A stretch of DNA of 63,668 nucleotides, filler included, from Lenisia limosa (taxonomy: Eukaryota > Protista > Breviatea), in the NCBI GenBank assembly GCA_001655205.1. It is 10 parts of 10 records of this genome, joined end to end, with 100 filler letters (N's around TTAATTAATTAA, not from the genome) between each part and the next. Parts side by side here need not be neighbours in the genome. Positions count along the whole stretch, not along the records: positions 1 to 24,175 come from LPNZ01010213.1; 9 more parts are not named here. The stretch is one strand, 5' to 3'. The notes under the pieces are model-generated. The model saw only the letters and a program-made list of their open reading frames with translations, did no database searches and was not told the origin of the DNA. This document shows positions 1 through 12,600 of the stretch, piece by piece. Both the position numbers and the translations under genes were made by a program. Within the stretch, counting starts at the first letter, position 1. Each line of letters begins with the position of its first letter.

Positions 1-9
1 GTTTTTACT

Positions 10-868
10 GTGATTTATGGGGGGGAAGTTATGCCATGGGCTATATTGTTGTGTTGGTTGATACCCTGTAACTCACCAATTAGTCCCCCACAAGCCCCGA
101 CACAACGACGCGTCTCAAATCGCAGGAAACTCCCCAATAAAAAACCCATCCCTTCCCCCCAAGCACAAAAAGCCTCCAAGAAGTCCCCCCTTCTCCTCTC
201 CACTTTTGCCAAGAAGCCGCCACGCAAATCCTCGCGTCAACGCCAGCTCTCTGACGATGACGATTTCGGCCCTCCTCTAGATAGTTTCAGGACCATTGAT
301 CGTCAGCCGTCCTCAGATTGTTTCGATATTAAAAGCGACGATAGTGACGACGAGATGATACTCCGCCGTAAACCAGGAAAAACGAAGACGCTTCCGCCCG
401 TTCGACGAAACCCTCAGAAACGGGCTACTCGACAAAAACCTGATGTTGTACCAGTGTTTTCAAGATTGCCTCGGTTTGTTATTATATGTTGGTTGTGTTT
501 TGTGGTGTTATTAAGACACTCGTTGCAGTTAGAATACTCTATAGCGTTAAATAGAATTAACTACTTGTTTCATTGACGGACCAATACCTGCTGTAAGATA
601 GTATAATTTATATCTTTTGCGTGATAATGTGGACGACTTGCCAGATACAACCTATTTTTTTTATTTCTCATTGCTATATACTATATTATATGATATATCA
701 TATATATTATGTACACCATATCATACGGCTTATATCACGTTCCCAGAACCACTAATACAAACAGGAGTGCTCGTCCACGTACCTCCTTCAAAAGCTTCTT
801 CTTCAATGATGATGACATTCAGGTCCCGTCACCCCCCGCAACGCCAGATGTTTTTTAATTTTGTTTGA
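10..868 (+). CDS. Fragment of a hypothetical Lys/Ser/Asp-rich multi-exon protein
   Basis: Open low-complexity frame (KKPPRKSSRQRQLSDDDDFGPP...) ending at a GT near 474, with further short candidate exons to about 860. No family motif recognised. Confidence 0.35.
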
Positions 869-1183
869 GGGGAGCTTTTGACTCATTCTTTACATTATCC
901 TATTCATATGAGTAACTTTTACAGGTATTCTGTTTTCCTTCGGTAATTGTATAGTATTGTTTTCTAGAAGTAGGGTGACTTGTTTCGTGTTGTGTTTATT
1001 GTATTGTGTATAGTTTAATGTACAATATTGTGATTATAAACCATATTTTTCGTATAATTAAAGAATGAAATAGTATCGTAAGGCATCATATAGAATGGAG
1101 ATAAGCAAATACACAACTTTTGAGTTTTTGTTTCTCTCCCTCTTAACACAGCTGAAGGTTCCTCTCATTCAACTAGAAATACA

Positions 1184-4100
1184 TCACTTAAATAGCACAT
1201 TATACAATCTTTTCACTGGTTCCATCTGAAAGGTGAAGGAAAGGACTCTCAATATAAGGATGAAAGCTACCCCCCNNNNNNNNNNNNNNNNNNNNNNNNN
1301 NNNNNNNNNNNNNNNNNNNNNNNNNNNNNNNNNNNNNNNNNNNNNNNNNNNNNNNNNNNNNNNNNNNNNNNNNNNNNNNNNNNNNNNNNNGTCAGAGTCG
1401 GCATTGATACAAGATGTAAACTCGTTAAATAAAGAGGAACAAATGTGATTTTCAAGCCCTCCACCCAAATACTTCATCCATGGACGAACCCTCCCCAACC
1501 TGTGACCCCCTTTATACTATTGTACCTTAAATCAAAAGCATATCCCATTACCGCCACTCACTGGGGGTTCCAGCCTCCACATCAGCCACGCTCAGGACCA
1601 TCAACTCCTCCACTCCGTCCCTCACGGCCTGGAACTGATATCCCTCGCGGACAAGTCTGCAGCCGTTAAGGAACGAAAAACAGAGCAAATAACAAAGTAT
1701 TAACGATTAGTAAAGGGCATTAAAGCGATTAACAAAGGACATTCAAGCGATTAACAAAGGTGTTCAGTGTGCACCCCCCCCCCCNNNNNNNNNNNNNNNN
1801 NNNNNNNNNNNNNNNNNNNNNNNNNNNNNNNNNNNNNNNNNNNNNNNNNNNNTGTGTCAGAGATGAAAGCGGTACGCTACTCTTTGCATTCTCACGAAAA
1901 AGGTAAAAAGCTGACATTAGCTCTAAAAGTCCTTGGTTTTCACATAGAAATCGAGAAATTCTAAAAAGAGTTGCCTCTTTACCTACCTTAGCCTCGAATA
2001 GAACCACCAATACACTCTTCGCGCTACTGTAACTTCCGTCTTAGACCCCAGGCGGAACTGTGGGGTTAGATGAACTCCTAAATCGATGTAGGGATTATTT
2101 GAACAAATTATGACGTAGCTACAATATCATAGATATATTTATTATACGAAGAAAGCTGTGTGCACAGAGTTGTGAGGCAAATGGTTGGGTGAATTTATAC
2201 AACTCTTATACAATCTCTATCAACGTGGATGGCTTCGGCCTGATACAACCTTCTTTTGTTTCTCATCACTCATGTATGATATTATACACTTGAAATGGAC
2301 ATTTATGTATTACATAGCAACATAGTATCTTCCCACTTCAGGCATTATTGCTTGTCCAGTTCTCTGGTTCCTGTAGAGAAGCATAACAACATCTTGGCCG
2401 GCAAAATGTCTGATAAGAACCTGTGGTAACTGGAGGGTGAGAACAAAACGGACGTATAGGATTACGATGGTGTTTCAAAAATAACAATATTAAAAGAAGA
2501 GTAATTCAAAATCAGTGATGTTTCTGCTTCGGTTCAAAAAGATAGCAAGTATCAATAATTGTCGAGATTTATCCACCAAGTTTTGCAATACATAACGGAC
2601 GTTCTTTCAATACCCACCCACTCTCGTCAACATGTCAATGGAATTGTCGAAGAGAAGGTCCGTAAACTTCGCCACCTTGAATGTCAAAAAGCTAGAAAAA
2701 AATTGTGGTACTCTTAAAAAACCCAGCTCGTTTGTAACATAAAGCTTGGATTCAGGTAAAAACGCTTTTTCAATGGTCAAAACGCTTTTTGCAAAAAGAG
2801 GCTCATTGAACGCCCCAACCCCTCAATTTTCAAAAACCCCATTCGCAACGAGGGTGCCCCACACCTTATCTTGGAGAGTCAAAGCGGAGGCAGAGAGGTC
2901 CATAAGGATGACCACTACAAACTGGCGGACCTTCCTGACAACCAACGAGTGCCACTGGCCGTTGATATAGATGGGACTGACTCGTTGATGTTGCGTCCCG
3001 AGAGGGCGGACTGAGAGGTAGTGCAAAATCTGCGAAGGTCAACATCTCCAAGACCCCTGAAGTGAACACACACAATACTCCTCACTAGTAGTAATGGCAA
3101 TGATGTTGATATTCTTGAGCAATCGAATAAGCTGATGATGACACTCATAAAGAATGGTTTTTTTAAGGGTTAAAAGGGCTTCAGCCAAAGCCATCATTTA
3201 TGGATATTGATACTACCTAAGTGATCACATCATCACGCTAAGAGATATTGGATAATATTGATTCACCCAATCATTTGCCTTACAACTCTGTGCACACAGC
3301 TTTCTGCGTGCCTCCCCAGCATACCTACAAGGATTAGATTCATGAATAAGGACAAGCCCCTGCGTAATAACCAGATTCAGGAGGTGCCAGAGAGTTATCA
3401 CAAATACTTATTTGAATATCCTACACTACGTATTCTCGTCTTTAGATTTTTTCAGTATACACCGGTTTACTGACCATTCGAGATGCGAGAACTGGAAGGC
3501 GGGAGTGGACAATGAAGGACTCCAGTAGCATGGCCGATGAAATGACATTTGGATGACGCTCAAGCTCCAAAAGGGCCTATTGTGTTACAACTAAATTTAA
3601 TGGGGTATCGACGTTTCATATTTCCCAGGTAATACACTATCAATACGGCTTCACTTCGGTTCAAAAAAAGACTGAATTTCTAATCCTCGAAAACTATCTA
3701 GAATTTACCTGTCTTTTTCGAACCGAAGTGAAGCCCTAACTATCAATGAATATTTATATGCTTTTGTGTGTGAATACGTTTTCACAAATGAAAAAGGAGT
3801 TATACATAATATATTGATGTTAAACTCTGATATGAACATATTACCAATTTTTGAGTACAACATGTACGAATAATAAGATGGTTCAGAGAATAGTTGAGGT
3901 TTATCTTCAGCATCACAAGTGCGGATATAATTAATCAATAACATCAAATGGCACCCACTTTGTCAACAACTTCCACCGATGATGAAGGGAGTGCAACCTA
4001 AGAGGTCAGAAACAAGGCCAATGGGCTTAACGAAATGTTCAGTTTTTGGTACGCTATGGAAAGATCAGGGAAATAAGAGGCAAATCATCGAGTAAGAGAG

Positions 4101-5420
4101 CTTCCAATAAATAACTGTATTTTCTTCGATATTCCATGTATTAAGATTAAAAGTATTGTAAGTTTATTTTTTAAACCTTCCCAAGCTTGAAGAGGCTATT
4201 AGGGGGGTTTCCCCATATATACCTCTTCAGCCCCCCTGACCTTGAAATCATTATTCTATATTCTATATCGANNNNNNNNNNNNNNNNNNNNNNNNNNNNN
4301 NNNNNNNNNNNNNNNNNNNNNNNNNNNNNNNNNNNNNNNNNNNNNNNNNNNNGACAAGCTCTTCCACAAAATCCTAAAGGCAATGAGGGAAATTCATTTT
4401 ACGACAGTACATAATAAACGGGAACAATAGTTGAAAAGTTCGATTTATTTCAAAAAAGAATGGAAAATAAATATTAATAACGAAGACAATTCAGTCAATT
4501 TGGTTGCCTCACCTCAAGACCATCAATACAAAAGATGCCAGGCTCCCCCCATTTGGATACTGGGCCAAAAAGCATAGTCAACATCGCCTCCACATCCTGT
4601 ACTATAAAGCAAAAAAAGGTAAAAGAGGTGGAATAAAATAAAAGATGGAAATGAAAATTGGAAAAAGGTGAACCTGGCCAAGCATTATACAGATAATATA
4701 CAGTACTATATACAAGTATAATATATCATATTATATCATCTATAAATATATTCGTACAGCCAAAACCAACTTCCCTTAAAATTCTCTATGTTGTTGGAGT
4801 ATCTTACTGAGGCTACAAAAACAGCACACCTCAAGGAACGCAGATGCCCAAGAGCTTGAAGTGTCTGATGGCATATGAACAACTGAAAAGTCAAAACATG
4901 GCATATAGTAGGAACAACAAAAAAATCAGAACATGGCATATGTTCAGAAAATATGTAGCAATAGAAAATGTAACTGATATTTCAAGAATATTTGATTATG
5001 ACTTGCAGTCCTTTCAGTACTCACCGATGATAAACGGTCCTTTGGTAGCTCGGAAAACAAGTCGACTTTTCTACAAGAGTAAATCCATAAAAACTGGGTT
5101 TCTGATTTATACTGAAAAGGAAGTGTAACAGTGGTACAAATCACCTATAAAACAAGCAAAAGAGAAGAGCGTACTTTGACAATCCAAACAACTCTACAAT
5201 TTGATATCCTTTGATGGTGGTGAGGGTGGGAGGGTGTCATAAATGGCAAATGGAAAATGGCACACAAGGCCCATACTATGAAGTCCTCCTGTTTCTGTCG
5301 TTTTCTGTCCCACCTCCATGTCAATAGAAACAAGGTCCTGGTCGAACAGGCTCTTGGTGAACGCCGTTAGTGATGAGTACATAGACGTCACTAGTTCAGG
5401 TTCGAGGGCCTTTCCTGCGT
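1184..5420 (-). CDS. Tri-longin-domain protein, Fuzzy/Mon1/HPS1-like (multi-exon, 5' end uncertain)
   Basis: Spliced exons read DAGKALEPELVTSMYSSLTAFTKSLFDQDLVSIDME, KSRLVFRATKGPFII, VQDVEAMLTMLFGPVSKW, ALLELERHPNVISSAMLLESFIVHSRLPVLASRM, ILHYLSVRPLGTQHQRVSPIYINGQWHSLVVRKVRQFVVVILMD, QVLIRHFAGQDVVMLLYRNQ and LVREGYQFQAVRDGVEELMVLS. Order and pattern resemble the three longin repeats of Fuzzy. Confidence 0.5.
3645..3738. mobile_element. MITE family C (about 95-110 bp palindrome, TIR TAGGGCTTCACTTCGGTTCGAAAAAGAC)
   Basis: Terminal inverted repeats visible. Copies at 10586-10684, 22119-22219, 26397 (half), 34466-34580, 36426-36522, 37774-37870, 39281-39379, 58912-59003 and 2520 (partial). Confidence 0.8.
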
Positions 5421-5573
5421 CTGCGGGGGGGAGGAGTAAAACTGGAAAATTTATGAATCAAAAAAAAGCCCAAAATCAACTCTGTTGGCTGACACCACGA
5501 GGTTTGATAACAACAACAAACAAAGCCCAGATCAGTCGCTTCTGCAACATCGCATCCCATCACTCCAGCGTAC
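5421..5573 (-). mobile_element. Intronic repeat family A, most complete copy (GTACGCTGGAGTGATGGG...CCCCCCGCAG, 153 nt, GT-AG bounded)
   Basis: Related copies or parts at about 12135, 20245, 21912, 24276/24500, 27481/27565, 28751, 35914, 38387, 38920, 39425 and 59156. Shared core GCAGAAGCGACTG..GGGCTTTGTTTG..GTCAGCCAACAGAGTTGATTT.GGC(T)n.TTTCATAAATTTTCCAATTTTAC(C)n. Confidence 0.8.
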
Positions 5574-6536
5574 GGGGGTGGGTGTCAAGTAAGGAGTGGA
5601 AAATAAGGGATACAGAGTAAGGTATAAATGGGAAAGATAAAGCAAGTTTAAGATACAAAATTACAAAAGATGATGTTGTGCGCTCTTGTGTCTCATTTGT
5701 TTGTGTTCTCATTCCTGATTATTTCCTGCTGACCAAAAACAGAAAAACTTATGCATTCTTATCCATTATCAAATTTTGTATAAAATCAATATTGCCTCAT
5801 ATTATCAGAGTGAAAGCAACGGCTGGAACATTATGATTTTGGACAGACTTACAGTTGTGGTTGTAAAGGCATGAATTTGTCTTCGTATTGATCAGAATTA
5901 AATTATACACCATTTTCGACTTTGCAATAAATAAGCAGAATTAAAGAGGGGAAAGAGAGCTCAGAAGCTCAGCCAACAACAAAAAGGGCTCTACTGGAGG
6001 GGCTAGATGGGTAGCATTTAATTGAGTTTTTGAAGCCCCAGAAAGGCCCTCTTACAGCTGAAACGATATATAAGTTTATAATAGCCAAATAACTGGAGAA
6101 GACGCCAAGATCCCTGTTCTTCCTGAACGGTCATATCAGATCACCCTTCATCCGAAACTTGGCAACCATTGTTCATAATCTTATCAAGTTCAAAATGTAG
6201 ACAATTTATCTTGCTGTACTTTCATGAGTAGCTTATTAGCATGTGAGTGGATATCTTTGTTCTTTGGTTGGTCATTGTCCTTTCGTTTTTTAATCAAGCC
6301 ACTGTAACTTGGCCTTTAAGTTCGTGGTAAAACAGTTCACATTGAACGATACTGATTGTACTTCGTGGGAAAAGTGCTATTTTATATCACAGAGTTTTGG
6401 TTGTTGTTTTTTTTTTGGCCTAATGGAATTCATATTGTTCTCTCTATTCAACCCCCCCTCCCGTTGTGCTTTGTTTTTTGCTCTTTTTTTTTTCTCTTCA
6501 AGTTTTAACATTGGTTGCTCATGTTTGTCACTGCTT

Positions 6537-6723
6537 TTTTTGGAGTTTCAGATGATTCGGTTCGTGATTGGTACCTTTACGCCAATATTCTTCATCGAAA
6601 GCGATTACTTCATCGAAATTTCCTTCGTTTCACCCCTCTTTAATGCCAATATTCTTCGATATTTCCTTCGTTTCACCCCCCTAGAATGCCAATATTCTTC
6701 GAAATTTCCTTCATTTCACCTAG
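6537..6723 (+). repeat. Intronic repeat family E, with three tandem acceptor-like tail units
   Basis: Core GGAGTTTCAGATTATTCGGTTCGTGATTAGTACCTTTACGCCAATATTCTTCATCGAAATTTCCTTCGTTTTAC(C)nAG. Also at about 7385, 20205, 20396, 24465, 27524, 27775, 37152, 39397, 39527 and 59240. Confidence 0.8.
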
Positions 6724-9190
6724 AATGGCACTGGTCTCGTCATACTGGGGCCGCGTGTCGTCGGCCGAAGATGGGCCGACAGTTCCGCCAAGCCTCGAGC
6801 CGACCTCCGACGACTTGCTGCTCCTGGGTGAGGGGGGGGGGGGGNNNNNNNNNNNNNNNNNNNNNNNNNNNNNNNNNNNNNNNNNNNNNNNNNNNNNNNN
6901 NNNNNNNNNNNNNNNNNNNNNNNNNNNNNNNNNNNNNNNNNNNNNNNNNNNNNNNNNNNNNNNNNNNNNNNNNNNNNNNNNNNNNNNNNNNNNNNNNNNN
7001 NNNNNNNNNNNNNNNNNNNNNNNNNNNNNNNNNNNNNNNNNNNNNNNNNNNNNNNNNNNNNNNNNNNNNNNNNNNGCAACAATAGGAGACCTTGATATCC
7101 ATCATTAACTGCAACAGGAGACCTTGATATCCCGGAGGATCGAACAGGCCTGTCTGGGGATGAGTATTCCTTCTCAATGTCGACGTTGTCGTCGTCTATG
7201 CCCACACACTCGAGACTCACACCGCAGTCCAAGTTGGAGGGCAGTAACAGTCGATGTGTTGGCTTTCGGTTGAGATAGTCAGTATATCATCAATGTGTTG
7301 TCTAACTTCCCACATTCCTCACTCCTTCCCCGTCTCTAGTAATATTTCACTTAGTTATTGTTTGTTTGTTTGTTTGTTTGTTTGTTTGTTTGTTTGTTTG
7401 GAATTTCAGATTATTCGGTTCGTGATTAGTAACTTGCGCAAATATTCTTCATCGAANNNNNNNNNNNNNNNNNNNNNNNNNNNNNNNNNNNNNNNNNNNN
7501 NNNNNNNNNNNNNNNNNNNNNNNNNNNNNNNNNNNNNNNNNNNNNNNNNNNNNNNNNNNNNNNNNNNNNNNNNNNNNGATTCCTGCCACAAAGCAACTCC
7601 AGCCCGGTCATCCCAGACTACGAGGCCGTTATGTACTCGAAACGGCCGCAGACGGCACGTGAACGCACCAGCCGCTCCGAGCATTCAGAGAAGAGGCCTA
7701 CAGGCACGCCAGCGCCACCGTCGCATCAACGCCCGTCTACAGCCGGGCCACGGTCGCGGAGGCCAAGTGCGGCTCTTTCGTGCTCAGTGTCCAGCGCAAT
7801 GACCCGCCCCGCGACCACCACCACGAGACAGCGAGGTGGCTGGGCTTGGAAGTTGTGGGGCTATAAAGGACTTCATATTGGTCTCACAGGATTATTTTGA
7901 TGAATTCTGATAAGTATGTAGCTTTTTGTTTTGCTTCGTCTTTTTCTGAAAGTGCAGCTTCTATTATATATAACGCTTAAACCGTTGCATTTGGGGTACA
8001 CATTATAATTAATATCCCTTAAAAAATTGCTGAATATTGAATGGTGGTGACATAGTAATGGCTCGAATGGTGACGATTAACGATTGTAGGGGCGTCTCTG
8101 TCATACCAGAAAACACCGAAACGCCCAAGTACAGCACCTGCTTCAAGATCCCGGGTTGGCACATGGGGGGCTTTGTTCAAGATCCCGGGTTGGCACATGG
8201 GAGGCTTTGCTCAGATCCCGGGTTGGCACATGGGCTTTGCTCAAGATCCCGGGTTGGCACATGGGGGANNNNNNNNNNNNNNNNNNNNNNNNNNNNNNNN
8301 NNNNNNNNNNNNNNNNNNNNNNNNNNNNNNNNNNNNNNNNGTTCAAGATCCCGGGTTGGCACATGAGGGGCTTTGCGCAAGATCCCGGGTTGGCACATGA
8401 GGGGCTTTGTTTTCAAGGGGTGCTGCAAGTCGATGATCTGATAATGTGGATTAGAATCATTTTACCAGGGCCTAGAAAATCATCATTAGAAAGTATCAAG
8501 ACAGCATATTGTTCCTCACCACTTAGGCTCAAAGTCTCTATGATACGTCCATTTTGACGGTTCCCCAATTAGACGAAACTCTCAAACAGTCCCTTTCAAA
8601 ACCTGTATGAAGGGATAACGTCAATTCAGTCCAAACTTACGTCTTTTTTCTAATGTGATGATATGACAATCACTGGGCTGGTCTTTTATTTCCGTTTCAC
8701 CTTGAATATGTCAATGATATCACAGAAAAAGAAACAAGATAATACTTTACTTACTATTATATGATATACCGACATATCGTTTTCAAGAGGACGATGTAGT
8801 ATTATCCAAGTGCAGCCTTATATTTTTCTCACCCTTCAGTCCACCCCGCCGTCGTCCACCTCATCCAAGAGACCAAGTAAGCATGGTTTATGTCTTTCTG
8901 CACCAAAGTTTGTCTTATACCCTCCCTCGTTTTAGGATTTATTTTGCAGTTCTACATATCATATAGAACATATGATATGCTCAGCAGTGCAAATGGGGCA
9001 GAACGAATTCACCCCTAAACCAATTCGTCGCTGGTGTCAGTTGCAGCAATAAAAAGATCAAGAAACGACGCAATACCTTGCAACAACATTTCCCCTCCTG
9101 CTCAGTGTCAGGTACCAGCGTTTTTCTGGAGATCTTGTTCGGCGTGAACTTGACAGAGGCACAACATCGGTTCGCACAAGAGGGAGGGTA
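6724..9190 (+). CDS. Low-complexity Ser/Pro/Arg-rich exons, possibly the N-terminal part of the downstream cNMP-binding gene
   Basis: GT-AG-bounded open segments near 6724-6828, 7120-7235, 7578-7830, 8839-8876 and 9112-9188. No recognisable domain, and connectivity is not established. Confidence 0.3.
7360..7398. repeat. (TTTG)n microsatellite leading into a family E copy
   Basis: About 10 TTTG units directly 5' of GGAATTTCAGATTATTCGG. Confidence 0.85.
8141..8410. repeat. Minisatellite, 30-35-bp unit TTCAAGATCCCGGGTTGGCACATGGGGGCTTTG (at least 6 copies, gap inside)
   Basis: Head-to-tail units with no spacers. Confidence 0.9.
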
Positions 9191-9659
9191 AAAGAGAGGT
9201 CGGACTACAGGAAGAAGGCGAGGGAATTCCGGAGTGAGCGGCTTAAGGCCCGGTGGAATTGAAGAGGAGCCTTTTTGGCGACTTTCACGTCATTGTTAAC
9301 TCGTCTTTCAAACCACTGCGAATCTGAAGAATAGGAACGCCCTAAAAAGTCATCGATGCCACTGCCATCTGTGCTATCATCTCATCAGTGAACACTTTAG
9401 CGTAGGCTCTTTCACTTCTCTGTGGCCATTGGTTGTCGACATCAGTATCAGTCCTATTAAAACCGCCTCATCCACATTTTGAATATACTCCTGAAAAAGA
9501 GGTAAACATTATGAAACCTGCGGAGGCCAGTGCAGATGGCCCCCTTTTAAGCTACGATGTGCATTTCACAACGTTCAAATTGGCCCCATCCGCAGAGATC
9601 ATGCGTGTCAACTAGGAATAAGTAAGATGAAGATGCTTGTTTACACAATAACGAATCCC

Positions 9660-12600
9660 CAAGCTTACAGAAGAGGTTCCTTTGGGGGAGTCTTTGTATA
9701 GCCATGAGGATACTGTCGAGGTCGCGGTACTCACTTATGCTGGTTGAGGTGATTGGCATAAAAGCAAATGTTTTGAGGTTAATCTTGCGCTTCTGTTTCC
9801 TCAAGCCAGCTCGGTTCGCAGCAGGGATTAGACTATTCAAAAAAAATCCCGTTCATGAAAACTATCCAAGACTGACAAGATGGTAATAAATGATATTTCG
9901 TGGAAAATAGCAACACACACAGAAAAAGGGAGGTCGAGACGATATATAGTACGTTTATTGTTGCTTTGTTTTATACTTTCCAATACATATAGCTATACTG
10001 TATTATTTCTCTACATATTGTTCATCCTTATTGATTAAATACCGTTTTTAACATTTTGCATTTCTCACCCCATATCTCACACCGTTTTAGACAACAAGAA
10101 GGTGTTCCCAAGAGCTACATTGGCAGACTTTGCAGAACTTCAAGCTGAAGCAGCACTATTGTATGCGGAATTTCAAAACGGCATCTTTTAAGGAGACGAA
10201 ATTCTTCTTTTCAAATCAATGTGAACGAAGCTGTATCATATTTTTTTTAGGATTGAAAAGGCCCAGGAGGCTGCAGATAGGGCCAAAATGCGGGATGGTG
10301 TGAGGTAGGACGGGGGAGGGGGAGATAAAGAAATAGCCCTAAAATACAGCCTATTATACATCATGTAGTCATTTTCACATCTTGTTTTGTTGTTGGCCTT
10401 ATGTTCTTTGATCATGATAATCCTGTGATCACAGATCAGCATTCCTGTTATCCTGATGATCATTTGATCTGAAGCTCTCTAGATCGGGGCTTTTCAAACG
10501 ACTGGAGGCCATGGGTGTAACTCGCAGAGTCCTTCAAGACCTAATACAGGTCTGATGCGTTCAATAGTGGCAATACCCCTTTTTCTAGGGACTCACTTCG
10601 CTCCGAAAATAGACTGAATTTCTCGATAACTCGTCGAAAACTATTGAGATTTTACGGGTCTTTTTCTGACCGAAGTGCAGTCCGACGTATAACCAATGCA
10701 GGTGGTATCTCCTCTCTTTTTTTACTCTGTATAACCTGTAATATAGCGTATCTGTTTTGGTAGAGTGGGCAGGAAAAGGGTGGGGGTGTAAAAATGGAAG
10801 GGATGGCTGGATAAGAATGGGGGAAGTTGGTGTTGTCGAATGTGATCTGTTCACTCTATTTACGCACTAATTTTAAGTGTTCCCTGTGTCTTCTACCCGT
10901 TTACCCCTGACCTGTTATCAGGTAATGAAGTTGCAGTCTTGGGATGATGGCGAAACATTGTTCAATCAGGGCGAGGAGGTAAGGTGCAATTCTATCAGGT
11001 TTTATTCGGTTCAATACAGTTATGATATCGTCATCGTCATATGGATTGAAGTGGAAACATAGTAACATGTGCAATAATGCTGTTATATTTGATGTAGTAT
11101 TTGTGAAACTATGTATGTGTGGAGGATGGATAGTTTTTTTTTTGTTTTAAACATTGAAATATTCCCGAGTAACATCGGAATAGCTTCTGCCTGAAGTGGA
11201 GCTCACATCAAAAGATGCTGTTGATTCCATTCACATCTATGTTTTGACCCCTTTAGGGTACGCACTTCTACGTCATTCTTCGAGGCTCTGTCAACATTTT
11301 CGTTTCTCCTGATGCAACGGATTTGTCGAAGGTTCGCATGAAGTCCCTTTTGTTTTGTAGTCAAGTCCATTAAAACTGGGACATTCAGATTAATAAAAAG
11401 CGGAGACAGAAAAAGGGACTTCACTGATAAAGCTGGTTGAAATCAGAAAAGAATCGGCTTCATGTTGGTGCTAAATATTTGGATAATCACATCATAGTCG
11501 TGACTGTGTACGGTGTTGGACACTCATATTACCGAAAAGCCGCCTTCAGTCTTCAACATCTTACCTCATTGACTTCTACTTCCCCTCATTTCTACCACCC
11601 GCTATCGTTCTTATCTGCTCATTTCATGGATAATCCTCACACCCAGTCCTTCCAAGTTGCCACATTGAACGCGGGTGACAGCTTCGGTGAAATTGCCCTT
11701 CAAAATGACTCAGCTCGAACGGTAAACAACTGGTGCTGTTTTGATATTTCTTTGACATACTAGTTAGTTCCATTGATGATGTCAAACTTATAATTGTATG
11801 TTTTAACTAATATGTTATCCTTTTTAAGGTTCTCAATCTTTTGATTATGAATTGAAGCGTCCCAATAATTTCCTAGGCAACAGTGAGGTCGAACGGAGGG
11901 ACGGTGTGCATGCTTCTGGGCAGGCATGATTTCGCTGGAGTCATACAGAAGGCCCATCTTAATGAGAAACAAAGGTTTGAGACCTTTTGAAACCGTTTAA
12001 CCTTGATAATATGACTAGATTATTATTGTAGCAAATATCACATACATAACTGGTGGTTTTTTCTGCTTCTCTTGACTTCTCATTTTACCGTGTTACATTA
12101 GCGTTTCCTGGGCTTTGTTTGTTGTTGGTTTTCAACCCTGGTGTGTGATATTTATAACCAAGAGAGTTGATTTTTGGCGTTTATTTTCAAAATGCCCTTT
12201 TTTACCACCCCCCCCCCCCCNNNNNNNNNNNNNNNNNNNNNNNNNNNNNNNNNNNNNNNNNNNNNNNNNNNNNNNNNNNNNNNNNNNNNNNNNNNNNNNN
12301 NNGTGGAAAAGCCTTGCAAAACGCCAGACACTTGGAGAAAAGGTCCATTTCAAGTACTACAACCAGGGAGAAGAGATTCAGCGTCAAGACAAAGTTGGCA
12401 AGGCTCTTTTGACTGAGACGTGAAAAAAGATGTATTGATTTCATTTTTTGGACCTTCAAGTGTTCCAAACTCTTTTTACTGATTTCAGTACCAACATGAA
12501 CCAATATCCCATTTCGCCCTTATTCACCCATTCAGTCTTCGATCGGAGTGGTTCTTGTCATTCAGGGCCATTGTCGTGTTGTGAGAAAGTAGGCAAAACA

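Noticed and set aside
2866-3075. PAS domain
   Set aside because: The phase-compatible frame (ILHYLSVRPLG...) fits the longin-like gene better, and no PAS motif holds after splicing.
5421-5573. Families A or B as spliced-leader or U snRNA genes (ACAGAG box, Sm-like GATTTTGG)
   Set aside because: There are only short motif matches, copies are variably truncated and diverged, and I recognised no SL exon or snRNA structure.
8141-8410. Possible CRISPR array
   Set aside because: The units are contiguous with no unique spacers, the context is eukaryotic and intronic, and there are no cas genes.
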